The notes under the pieces are model-generated. The model searched no databases and was not told the DNA's origin. It saw only the letters and a program-made list of their open reading frames with translations. The translations under genes and the position numbers were made by a program. This document shows positions 34,033-43,129 of a DNA stretch of 45,432 bases, one piece after another. How positions within the stretch are numbered: the stretch's first letter is position 1; every line of letters begins with the position of its first letter. The stretch covers positions 68,627 through 114,058 of the IMG/VR virus record IMGVR_UViG_3300042261_000976; one strand, 5' to 3'. The DNA comes from a virus.

Positions 34033-35547
34033 CTAATCCGAATATTCTAGTTCCATTATTAAATCTTCTTCTGCTGCCTTCAATTCTCTCTTATGTTCTT
34101 CCAATTTATCATGATCTTTCATCATGAAATCTTTATATTTCTTTCTATCTCCATATACATCAGTCATTACTTGATTAACTATACCAGTTTCATTCTTGAA
34201 CACAGTATCGTTTAACAATTTAATATCTGTAGGTTCTAGTTCAACTCTATGTCCATTAAATACTGCAAATTCTTTATTAGGTGATAAAACTCCTTTATAA
34301 GAATCTGCTGATATATTGAACATTCTCATACAAGTAGGGTACAAACTTGCGAAGTCATAACAAGCTGTCCACATCGCCATTCCCTTGATTGTATCTTTTA
34401 CCCAACCACCTTTAACTGCTTTTTCTAAAGATTCTATTACTGTATCTGGTAAACTTTTTTCTAATTTACAAAGAATAACATTTTTTTCTTCTTTAAGTTT
34501 TCTTCTTAAGATGCCTTCAGTAACAGGTAAAGTAGAATAAGCATCTAATATCTTTATTCTAGATAATGTAGCGATGCCATAAAGAATATCAACCCATTTA
34601 GTAGTATCATGTATTTTTTGAACTAGAATAGAGTCAACAGCATTATAAAAAATGAATTTCTTATAATCTGTAGATGCTAATGTTTTAAGTGTTCCTTCGT
34701 AATTGATTTTCTTTACACCAAGAATACCATCAGAAACAAAGTCTAAACTGCTTGCCTCTTTTACTTTAATGATACTATTCCATTTTTCATATAATTCCTG
34801 ATAGTCAACTATAATTCTATGTCCTGGTAATTCGCAGAAAGATTCTCTTTTTTTACCACTTTTATTATCTCTTTTAAATGGAGGTCTAAGAACTCTCGTT
34901 GGTGATGCTGCGGTAGGATCAACTCCTATTTTTCTAGCTCTATTAACAAGAAATACCCAGTCGTATTCTGTAAAGTTCCAACCTGTTATGATTGGCATTT
35001 TTGGTACAAATTTCTCAAAGAAATTTAGTAACATTTCATATTCACTCTTATATCTTACGAATTTGAAATCATAGTCAGCGTTGAATTTAACAAAATAATT
35101 ATTAATGTCTTCTCTAATGGATTTTTCTTGCTCAGCACTCAAAGCGTCAAGCCCCATTACCATTACTTTATTCTTATTGACTATAGATATTGATTGTATT
35201 GCGCTTTCAGCTAATTGAGGTTGCGGCTTTTTATCCAGAATTTCGTTTTCAATATCAACAAAGAAAATTTCTGGCTCTACATATTTCATTACAATTTCTT
35301 GTTCTTCTTTCGGAAGACTATCAATAAAATCGTATACAGAATATCTATCTGGAAATCTTGTATAGACTTTCTTTACTGCTTTACCATCCCATGTAACATA
35401 TTGACCGTCTTTATCTCTATCATCGTCAGAGCAAACAACGTATTTGGTTGGATTTGGCCATGTATAGTACTTATGTTTTATCCATCCACCTTCACCGATG
35501 TAAGACAACATGAGTTTTTGATTCTTATATTCGTAATCTACAACCAA
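34033..35547 (-). CDS. Family-B DNA polymerase, N-terminal fragment only (T4 gp43 '43A'-like: 3'-5' exonuclease domain through polymerase motif A)
   Basis: Exo I IFFVDIENE (T4 CDIEVTG); Exo II MPIITGWNFTEYDWVFLVNRA (T4 PAIFTGWNIEGFDVPYIMNRV); Exo III FIFYNAVDSILVQKI (T4 YISYNIIDVESVQAI); motif A YDFASLYPTCMRMFNIS (T4 FDLTSLYPSIIRQVNIS). Ends ~70 aa after motif A. Motifs B and C are absent. The annotated start is a TTG at 35547; the first ATG is at 35511. Confidence 0.75.
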   Translation of the reverse strand: MVVDYEYKNQKLMLSYIGEGGWIKHKYYTWPNPTKYVVCSDDDRDKDGQYVTWDGKAVKKVYTRFPDRYSVYDFIDSLPKEEQEIVMKYVEPEIFFVDIENEILDKKPQPQLAESAIQSISIVNKNKVMVMGLDALSAEQEKSIREDINNYFVKFNADYDFKFVRYKSEYEMLLNFFEKFVPKMPIITGWNFTEYDWVFLVNRARKIGVDPTAASPTRVLRPPFKRDNKSGKKRESFCELPGHRIIVDYQELYEKWNSIIKVKEASSLDFVSDGILGVKKINYEGTLKTLASTDYKKFIFYNAVDSILVQKIHDTTKWVDILYGIATLSRIKILDAYSTLPVTEGILRRKLKEEKNVILCKLEKSLPDTVIESLEKAVKGGWVKDTIKGMAMWTACYDFASLYPTCMRMFNISADSYKGVLSPNKEFAVFNGHRVELEPTDIKLLNDTVFKNETGIVNQVMTDVYGDRKKYKDFMMKDHDKLEEHKRELKAAEEDLIMELEYSD

Positions 35548-35782
35548 TTAAAATTCTTTTTGTTTTTTATACGATAATTCTATAAAAAAGTTTTGAAATA
35601 AAAAACCCAGAATAGTAGCGAACTTTCCTGGGTCTAAGATAGCCGTTGGCTATAACGATCCTAATAATCGTATTTTATTGAAAAATTGAAGTTTTTATCT
35701 GTTCAATTTTAACTTCGTCGTCCACTTTAGTTATTTTTAATAATCATTAAATCTTATAATATTATTTATTTTATTTTCTTTT

Positions 35783-36211
35783 TTATACTTCTATTTCATG
35801 CCACAAATCATTTAATAATTTTGAGATTTGACCTATTCTATACATTGAAGAATTATTAGTTCTTTTTAATACTTCATATTCACTTATATCTTCCATCTCA
35901 TTAAGAGTTTCAAGAATATCATCTAAATAATCGTGAAGAGTTTGATTCATAATACCTCCATTTTTATTGGAATATTGGAAACATGAATCCATTTTTCTCC
36001 ACATTTTATCAATAGAATTCTTAAATTTTTCTAAATTTTTAATGACTTCAACAGAGCCATCTCCCATTCCATCTTCTAAAATTTTAAAATCTGACTTGAA
36101 CTTATTAATGGCATCTAGCAATTCAAGTTCCATTTTTTCTCTATCCTTTTCCCAGAACTTCCACTTTATCTCCTCAGTTATAAAGTCTTCTTGTCTCCTT
36201 AGATATATCAT
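35783..36211 (-). CDS. Hypothetical acidic helical protein (142 aa)
   Basis: ATG start, acidic/helical composition, no motif. Confidence 0.3.
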   Translation of the reverse strand: MIYLRRQEDFITEEIKWKFWEKDREKMELELLDAINKFKSDFKILEDGMGDGSVEVIKNLEKFKNSIDKMWRKMDSCFQYSNKNGGIMNQTLHDYLDDILETLNEMEDISEYEVLKRTNNSSMYRIGQISKLLNDLWHEIEV

Positions 36212-36366
36212 TTATATAAAGTATTTTTTTAACATAGCTTTTGCTTTATAATCATTAACGCTAGATTTGCAGTTATGTTTATTATAAAGATGACCTATTT
36301 TATAATTAATAGAATCACAAACTTCTTCACCACATTCTAAACATTTAGTTTTAGGACATTTTTATA

Positions 36367-37143
36367 TTATTCATAGCTTTCTATTATGGCTCTTTTTTTA
36401 TCTGGAAGTGGGTTATCCTCTGTCCCCCTAATAATTGGAGCTTCCTCTTCTTCGTCAAGTTCTTCTTCCAAATCTTCTGTTACCAGTTTGATTTGTTTTT
36501 GATTAAAACTCTTCCAATATTTTATCCAACTTTCATTTGGCATTTCTCTTTTGGTCCCATCATTTGTTCCTTCTGGATTATCTTCTGTGCCAAAATCTGT
36601 AGTCCCTTCATCGGTGTTTATAGTATCATCATCGTCATCGTCTTCTTCGTCGTCCCCTAGTTCTATGTCTATATAATCAGGATCTTTATCTTCATCATCG
36701 TCAGGTGAAAAAGCATCTATAGGATCTTCTTCTTTACTTCCATAAACATCACCACCTATTGTAGTCTCATCAAATTCGTCAGATTCATATATTTTCTGTT
36801 TAGTTGCCCAAACTGGAGTTCCTTCAAACCCTTGTACTGTTGTAATAGGTTTTTCTTCTTTTACCTTTGTTAATTCTCTCATAACTTCTCTAAGAGAATA
36901 TTTCTTTATTTCTCCAGTCATTCTATCGGCTATAAATATGCTTTCATTTTGAATACTATCAATAAAACCATCTATTTTCTTGGTTTGTATATGTTTACCT
37001 ATTCTAAGAAAATCCATAGTTGGAATAGATCTATTTATAACCTGCTTTTTTGGTGCGCTTGGAAACAAATCAGTATCACCCCCTATTCCTTTACCTTTAT
37101 TTTCTTTACTTTCATTAACGAAAGCGTCGAATTTTTTAATCAT
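36367..37143 (-). CDS. Highly acidic protein with CTS-like N-terminus (candidate internal head protein)
   Basis: N-terminus MIKKFDAFVNE|SKEN fits the K-x-[YF]-x-x-F-[IV]-x-E pattern of T4 CTS MKTYQEFIAE. Poly-D/E tracts (DDDEDKDPDYIDIELGDDEEDDDDDD). Confidence 0.4.
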   Translation of the reverse strand: MIKKFDAFVNESKENKGKGIGGDTDLFPSAPKKQVINRSIPTMDFLRIGKHIQTKKIDGFIDSIQNESIFIADRMTGEIKKYSLREVMRELTKVKEEKPITTVQGFEGTPVWATKQKIYESDEFDETTIGGDVYGSKEEDPIDAFSPDDDEDKDPDYIDIELGDDEEDDDDDDTINTDEGTTDFGTEDNPEGTNDGTKREMPNESWIKYWKSFNQKQIKLVTEDLEEELDEEEEAPIIRGTEDNPLPDKKRAIIESYE

Positions 37144-37170
37144 GTCGTGATGTTTATTTTTTACTATATA

Positions 37171-37638
37171 TTAATTTATATTTTCAATACTTGGTATATT
37201 TTCCATTTTTGCTAATTTTCTCTTTAAATCATTTAGTTCTTTATCGAACTCTGCCTGTGAATATTTGCTAAAACCTAAAAATCCTCCAGTGCATATAACA
37301 CTAATATTTTTTTTCTTTATAGCCCAAATAGATCTAGCTTCTTCTTTATTTCTTGCTTTAACCCATCCAATTCTAAAACCCCTATCATTAGGGCCGCCAT
37401 CAGTATATTCTCTTATTTCGTATATTTTTTCTTCCTTTTTATCTCCTTCTGATAATTTTTGTAATGTTCTTTCATATTCCGGTCTTTCGTGGGCATATTT
37501 AAAATTGTGATTATCTGCCAATTCTTTTAACTTCGATTTAATAATTTTAGTTTTTTCATCGTCAAACTCCCAAGACTCTTCGCCATATGGATCCACCGGA
37601 TTAATGTCTTCTTTCAAATATTCACAAAAACTTATCAT
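37171..37638 (-). CDS. Small protein with N-terminal DPYGEESW motif
   Basis: MISFCEYLKEDINPVDPYGEESWEFDD... Start overlaps the upstream stop (ATGA). Confidence 0.35.
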   Translation of the reverse strand: MISFCEYLKEDINPVDPYGEESWEFDDEKTKIIKSKLKELADNHNFKYAHERPEYERTLQKLSEGDKKEEKIYEIREYTDGGPNDRGFRIGWVKARNKEEARSIWAIKKKNISVICTGGFLGFSKYSQAEFDKELNDLKRKLAKMENIPSIENIN

Positions 37639-38624
37639 TTATTCCTTAGAGTTTCTTTTTCTGCTGCAGATAATCCATTATAACCAACTCTATTTACTTT
37701 ATCGAGAATGGCATCAATTTCTTCTTGTTTTGTCCTATATGCTTTTCTTGGTATTTCTTTTCTTGGATTCGGTTTAGGTTTTGCTCTTCTCCAATCATCG
37801 CCCGGATAACCTTCTTGACCTCTAAAATTAGGATCGAATTTTCTTATCACCTTATCAGCCCATCCTTTTTGAATAGCGTAATAAATAAAGAAACATACAG
37901 CAACAGATACTAATATGCTAGTTAAAGAAATTTCTTCTCTTATACCAAAAACTTCATCATAAGCTCTCGTTACTCTTTCTTCATTGGCATTACAAATATC
38001 TTTGATTTGTCTATAATATCCTGGGTTTCTAACAACAGCTATGCTAAGTCTTGGCGAATCAAAAACTTCTCTAACTTCACTCTCTGGTAATTTTATACCT
38101 TCGAATAAGTCTTTAATTTTACCTATAAATTCCATGGCTTTATTGATAAATCCCTTACCAAATCCTTCATTTAGAAGATCGTCATATTTTATTACGTGTT
38201 TCATATTTTCTAAAATATTTTTACCTGTTATACTATTCGATGATAAACTACGTTTCTCTTTAGGCACTTCGCTTATAGGCATATCTGGTATATCTGTACC
38301 TCTTTCTGATCTTTCTTTGGAATCTCTAGTATAACCTAAACTTTTTTTATTATCATCTCTTACAAATGTTTCATAAGAGTCTATATGTCTATCTAATGGA
38401 TTGTCCCACCAGAATAAATTATTCATTTCTTGTTTTCCTTTATGTTTAACTAAATCATCGATAACTCTATCACCTACATCCCCACTCATATGAGTATGCT
38501 CGGGACCTACTTGAATATCTTGAGATCTATTTATTTCATCTCTAATTCTTTTAAGTTGATCCACAGTAGTTTGTCGTGGTAAACTCTCATTTAATTTATT
38601 ATATTTGTTATATCTTTTTGACAT
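37635..38624 (-). CDS. Hypothetical protein with one C-proximal transmembrane segment
   Basis: Hydrophobic stretch LTSILVSVAVCFFIYYAI near aa 245. No recognisable domain. Confidence 0.3.
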   Translation of the reverse strand: MSKRYNKYNKLNESLPRQTTVDQLKRIRDEINRSQDIQVGPEHTHMSGDVGDRVIDDLVKHKGKQEMNNLFWWDNPLDRHIDSYETFVRDDNKKSLGYTRDSKERSERGTDIPDMPISEVPKEKRSLSSNSITGKNILENMKHVIKYDDLLNEGFGKGFINKAMEFIGKIKDLFEGIKLPESEVREVFDSPRLSIAVVRNPGYYRQIKDICNANEERVTRAYDEVFGIREEISLTSILVSVAVCFFIYYAIQKGWADKVIRKFDPNFRGQEGYPGDDWRRAKPKPNPRKEIPRKAYRTKQEEIDAILDKVNRVGYNGLSAAEKETLRNK

Positions 38625-38639
38625 TTTTTTTATAAATTT

Positions 38640-38975
38640 TTAACTTCTATATCTATGGCGTTGTCTTGGTCTATAAGTACTACTACTTCTAGGTCCAGAA
38701 CTATAACTAGATGCTTTACCATCATATCCGCCTGTTCTTTCATAATAATCTGCCTGCGCTTTCATTTGTTTTGCTACAACTTCTTCAGCGTCTGGATCTA
38801 ATTCTTCCCCATAAGGATCATTTGGATCATATTCTCTTGGTTTATTGGCAGTCTTAGCAACTTTAGCCCATTCTTTTTCCAGGTCTTTTTTTTGTTTTTG
38901 ATATTCTTCATCTGGAGTGAGTTCCTTTTTGCTCCAAGGCCATTTGAATTCTTCGTATGTTTTTAAGTTGTTCAT
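38640..38975 (-). CDS. Small protein with CTS-like N-terminus and DPYGEE motif (candidate internal head protein)
   Basis: MNNLKTYEEFKW... matches KTYEEF against T4 KTYQEF. Internal ...DPNDPYGEELDPD. Confidence 0.4.
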   Translation of the reverse strand: MNNLKTYEEFKWPWSKKELTPDEEYQKQKKDLEKEWAKVAKTANKPREYDPNDPYGEELDPDAEEVVAKQMKAQADYYERTGGYDGKASSYSSGPRSSSTYRPRQRHRYRS

Positions 38976-38976
38976 C

Positions 38977-39333
38977 TTATTTCTTACTTTTTAGATATTC
39001 TTCTATCGTATTAAAATCATTAAAGACATTTTCTGCTATATCTTTTATGTTTGGCATTCCGTCTATCATATTTTCTCTGATCTCTGTTATTGCTTCAAAT
39101 ACCTCATCATCATAATGTTCAAGAGCAGTCATAAATTGATCCATTTCTGGAATAGATTTTTCCAGGTCTTTACATATGAATTCTATAGTATCTCTGAGCA
39201 TAGATATATGTTGTTTTCTTTTTAATATATCTTTCAAAACTTCATCTATCTTTTCCTCGTAATTAATATCTACTCCAGATGATTGCCATTCTTCATTTTC
39301 GAATGTCTTATATGTTTTTAATTTCTTACTCAT
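38977..39333 (-). CDS. Small acidic protein with CTS-like N-terminus; paralog of the N-terminal domain of 39326..40210
   Basis: MSKKLKTYKTFENEE... Helical domain aligns with the upstream gene (LKDILKRKQHISMLRDT.../VEGLVRIKIYMQMLEDT...; DQFMTALEHYDDE/DAFMNALYSKDE). Confidence 0.4.
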   Translation of the reverse strand: MSKKLKTYKTFENEEWQSSGVDINYEEKIDEVLKDILKRKQHISMLRDTIEFICKDLEKSIPEMDQFMTALEHYDDEVFEAITEIRENMIDGMPNIKDIAENVFNDFNTIEEYLKSKK

Positions 39334-40210
39334 TTTTTATTTTGGCTATTCTTGGTTTTTTAGTTTTTGGTGGTTCCTTAGATAAATATTCTGAAGGAAC
39401 TCCTTCCATGTTTACACCATCTTTTGATGCTTTTATTGTAGCATCATATAAATCATAACAATCTTCTTTTTCTTTATTCTTTCTTATCACTGTACATTTT
39501 CTTCCATTATAAACTGACGCATGTCCTTTTATTCCAGAAATATAAACCACATCTCCACTCTTAAATTTATCAGAACTTTCTTCCCTTTTCTTAGTATATT
39601 GACTCATCTTTTTTTGTAGATCAGCTAGTGTTGGTTTTCTTTGTTCGTTTACTTTTCTTTTTCTTTTTAATTGATCTTCCGGTTCGCCTTTTACTTTCAT
39701 TATGTCAATATATTCATTACCATCGTCCTCATCTTCATCTTCTTCTGGTATATCTTCTTCTGAACCTTCGTCATCATCTTCTTCGTCATCGTCTTCTTCA
39801 TCTTCTTCTGTAGCGTTTTTACCTGATAATATTACACTCCAATTACCATCTATGTATTCTTTAATATTACTTAAAGTAGCATTCATTTCTTTGATATTAT
39901 CTACAGCTTCTGACATTTCAAAAGTAGTTGATAAATCTTCGACCAATCCAGCTAAAAATTCATCTTTACTATAAAGAGCATTCATAAAAGCGTCTATATT
40001 AGGTGGAAATTGTTTATCTAACATGTCATAAACTTTTTCAGTAGTATCTTCTAACATTTGCATATAAATCTTAATCCTAACAAGTCCTTCAACAATTTCT
40101 TTTATTCTGAAATTTATTTCTTCATCTGATGGATCTGGTCTATTTACGTTTTGACCGGTTTTCTCGTATGATTCAAAAGTTTTTATTTTTCTTGATATTT
40201 TCATGTACAT
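39326..40210 (-). CDS. Acidic protein with CTS-like N-terminus, poly-D/E tract and basic C-terminal domain
   Basis: MYMKISRKIKTFESYE... Tract EEDEEDDDEEDDDEGSEEDIPEEDEDEDDG. C-terminal KFKSGDVVYISGIKGHASVYNGRKCTVIRK (KOW/SH3-like appearance). Overlaps the downstream gene by 8 nt. Confidence 0.4.
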   Translation of the reverse strand: MYMKISRKIKTFESYEKTGQNVNRPDPSDEEINFRIKEIVEGLVRIKIYMQMLEDTTEKVYDMLDKQFPPNIDAFMNALYSKDEFLAGLVEDLSTTFEMSEAVDNIKEMNATLSNIKEYIDGNWSVILSGKNATEEDEEDDDEEDDDEGSEEDIPEEDEDEDDGNEYIDIMKVKGEPEDQLKRKRKVNEQRKPTLADLQKKMSQYTKKREESSDKFKSGDVVYISGIKGHASVYNGRKCTVIRKNKEKEDCYDLYDATIKASKDGVNMEGVPSEYLSKEPPKTKKPRIAKIKNE

Positions 40211-40228
40211 ATATATTAATTTATAAAA

Positions 40229-43114
40229 CTATATTTGCCACCATAATAAATTTCTAAACATTTCTGTTCCGGAATGTCTCATAATATATAAATATTTTAG
40301 TCCATCTTCTGTTTGAACAATTTCCATTCTGTTTCCAATAATCGCTGTTCCTTGTCCGTATGGAATAGTTCCAGCGTTTGATATTTTATTATTTCTAATA
40401 TCATATGAATAGACACGACCAGTTGCGTCTTTTGTGAAATATATAATATCATCACCGTCGTAAGTGTACATTGATCCAGTTGATAATGTTTCCGATTGTG
40501 GGGAGAAAAAAGAGCCATATTCCCATACTTCAGTTGGAATGTCCAATCTATCAGCGGTTGTTGATGCTCCTCCTCTTGGAAAAAATATATATCTACCTCT
40601 AATAGACGTATCACTCGTACCATATAAATGCATCAATTGAATGCCAGCTCCTCTAGCAGGAATGCCTATTATAGTATAAGTGGAGTCTGTTGTAGGTGAA
40701 CCCATTCCAGATGCCGCTGTTAATTGAGTGGATGTATTTGATGTAATCAATGCTTCATTGGAAACCCCAGTCCCTGATGTAATTCTCACTCTTTTTCCTG
40801 CCCATTGATTTACTTTCCAGTTTTTAGTTGTATCATTAAGAACCGTACCTGAACCAAGTGAAGTGCATAAACCAAAAGAATCTAAAATTATATATTTTGT
40901 TGTCGTGTCTGGTGTATATCCAATAGAACTAGTAAATGTTAAAGATGTTGTGGTGTTACCAGTGATAGTAATTTCATTAAAATTATATCCTGTTCCAGAT
41001 ATAACTCTCAATTTATATCCTCTCCATTGATTAATATTCCACGATTTAGAAGAATCTATCAAATTTATAGTTCCCCCTGATGTAGCCCACCCGGTATTTC
41101 CTTTTTGACTTTTATTAAATTTATATTGTTCGTCTCTACCAATCATGCTCGGATCATGAATAATATATCTGGATGTAGCTGTAACTGGTAAAGAACTAAC
41201 GGCACTTTGTAAAGTTAATGTTGTTTGTGTATTTGCTGTTATTCTTCTTATTTGTGAAGTTGGAGTCGGACCCGACGTTGTAATTTCAACAATCTTACCT
41301 ATGTGTTCACTTGAATCCCAATTTGCTGCTGAATCTACCATTAAACTTGTTGTTGTCGTGTTGGCAATCACAGCTGTCGCTGCCGCTGTTATTTCAACAT
41401 CCAATGTAGTTAAGGAATCCACTCCCAATACAGTATATGTAGTATTCCACGAAGAGTCGTTTGCCCCAGTAAATGTTATAGAATCTCCGATTTTTATATT
41501 ATGATTGATACTCGCTGTTATTCTACCCACTGTTGTTCTTGATGTTATAGATATTTGTAATCCAGTTCCAGAACCGGTTGTCGCTGATTGTGAAGCAGTA
41601 GCCACACTATATCCAGAACCACAAGCGATTAAAGAAACTAATGTCGCTGAACCATTCCCATCAACGGATTCAATATACACTTTACCATTAGTTCCAGTTC
41701 CAAGTGTTACAATATCACCAACAGCATGATTAGATCCACCGGCAACAGGAGTTGTATTTATAGTCAAAATTCCATTTGTATTTCTGACAGCAGATGTTAT
41801 TCCAATATCTTCCCATCCATTTAATCTAATTGCCATATTTCTAACTAAACCATAATCAGAAACACTCCCCTGAGTCATTAGGTCAGCTTCAATATGATAA
41901 TTATATAATGTAGAAGATGCCATGCCACCAATATACATCATAAAAACATCATCCCATATTTCATATGTTGATGTATTATCAGGTACAATATCCCATTTTC
42001 TATTAACCCAAATAGTGTTTAAATTATGTCCAACAATTCTTCTTCTTTGACCTAATCCTGTACCGGACATTATTCTAATTTGATAATTAACAAATCTATC
42101 AATAACCAATGATGATGTTACTCCACTTAAATTTGTATCTACTAAAGTTCTTGTTGTACCTGATGTCGCTATGGAAGATACGTAAGTCCCACCCTTATTT
42201 GATATTCTTTCAATAGCCACATCAGTACCGGGAGCGGCGGCAATTAAACCAGCTACTGTTGATTTTGTGAACCATGTATCTGAAGCTATATCATAATATT
42301 GTAAAGAATAAAATGCACCAGATGCTATTTGAGAAAATAACCATATCCCTCCACTTTGAGTTGTAAATCGAGAATAGGTGTCTGGCGATACAGTCCACCC
42401 AGAATCAACAGTACACCATCCAGCTTCAATAAGATATGTTGTTTGTGAACCAGCGGTTGAACCTGGAACAGCATAAGGAGCGATAGCACTAAAAGGAGTA
42501 TTATTCCAACTATCTATTTGTTGATAATTCACATCGTAAAAATATAGAGTTTGTTGATCGTTATATATGACTTTTCTTACTTGTGTTGCACCCAATCCAT
42601 ATATTAATCTAACTTGATATCCTGTCCATTGATTAAATTTCCATTTTTTCGTAGTATCTTGTATTTGATTAGCGTTTGTGGTGGCTGTTGCTAAACCTTG
42701 TTCAAATTCAATAGGGTCTTGAACATCTATAATCGTTCTTGATTGATTCGCGCCAGCCCCAGAATATATTCTGATAGTTTCACCTGACAACACATCACCC
42801 ATAAGAGATGGTAATAACATTTGTGTAGAACCAGATACACCCAAAATTCTTCCTCTAAATCCACCGAAAGAAGAATATTTCATTGATGTAAATGCTAATG
42901 GTGTTGTATTTGGCGATGCTAATTGCATCCAAGTATCTGTCCATGTATCATATCTATAAAAAGCTGACGACACGATATAATACATATATCTACTATCTTT
43001 TGGTAAATCCCCACATGTTGTACATGAAATAGATGTTGTTGTAGCTGGGGCAAATCTTGTCCATTCCCATACTGGTGTATCTACCTGTTTTTTTAAATTC
43101 ATTGTTACTGACAT
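40229..43114 (-). CDS. Large (961 aa) tail-fibre or baseplate-like structural protein with four internal K.W..NQW.G..(V/L)R(I/L)(I/T)SGTG repeats
   Basis: S/T/G/N-rich. Repeated motifs KKWKFNQWTGYQVRLIYGLG, NYQIRIMSGTGLG, KSWNINQWRGYKLRVISGTGYN, KNWKVNQWAGKRVRITSGTGVS. Confidence 0.4.
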   Translation of the reverse strand: MSVTMNLKKQVDTPVWEWTRFAPATTTSISCTTCGDLPKDSRYMYYIVSSAFYRYDTWTDTWMQLASPNTTPLAFTSMKYSSFGGFRGRILGVSGSTQMLLPSLMGDVLSGETIRIYSGAGANQSRTIIDVQDPIEFEQGLATATTNANQIQDTTKKWKFNQWTGYQVRLIYGLGATQVRKVIYNDQQTLYFYDVNYQQIDSWNNTPFSAIAPYAVPGSTAGSQTTYLIEAGWCTVDSGWTVSPDTYSRFTTQSGGIWLFSQIASGAFYSLQYYDIASDTWFTKSTVAGLIAAAPGTDVAIERISNKGGTYVSSIATSGTTRTLVDTNLSGVTSSLVIDRFVNYQIRIMSGTGLGQRRRIVGHNLNTIWVNRKWDIVPDNTSTYEIWDDVFMMYIGGMASSTLYNYHIEADLMTQGSVSDYGLVRNMAIRLNGWEDIGITSAVRNTNGILTINTTPVAGGSNHAVGDIVTLGTGTNGKVYIESVDGNGSATLVSLIACGSGYSVATASQSATTGSGTGLQISITSRTTVGRITASINHNIKIGDSITFTGANDSSWNTTYTVLGVDSLTTLDVEITAAATAVIANTTTTSLMVDSAANWDSSEHIGKIVEITTSGPTPTSQIRRITANTQTTLTLQSAVSSLPVTATSRYIIHDPSMIGRDEQYKFNKSQKGNTGWATSGGTINLIDSSKSWNINQWRGYKLRVISGTGYNFNEITITGNTTTSLTFTSSIGYTPDTTTKYIILDSFGLCTSLGSGTVLNDTTKNWKVNQWAGKRVRITSGTGVSNEALITSNTSTQLTAASGMGSPTTDSTYTIIGIPARGAGIQLMHLYGTSDTSIRGRYIFFPRGGASTTADRLDIPTEVWEYGSFFSPQSETLSTGSMYTYDGDDIIYFTKDATGRVYSYDIRNNKISNAGTIPYGQGTAIIGNRMEIVQTEDGLKYLYIMRHSGTEMFRNLLWWQI

Positions 43115-43129
43115 ATTTATATTTTTTTT

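Noticed and set aside
33115-35547. Group I intron with an embedded endonuclease interrupting the polymerase gene
   Set aside because: The ORF following the endonuclease is an aaRS-like gene, not the polymerase C-terminal exon. No polymerase motif B/C coding sequence exists in the window, so a simple intron cannot be the explanation. Free-standing endonuclease insertion with gene splitting is more consistent with the sequence.
36212-36366. Cys-rich reading frame (KCPKTKCLECGEEVCDS...) in the 155-bp gap on the minus strand
   Set aside because: It has no ATG, GTG or TTG start upstream in frame after the preceding stop. A zinc-ribbon mini-protein remains possible only with a non-canonical start.
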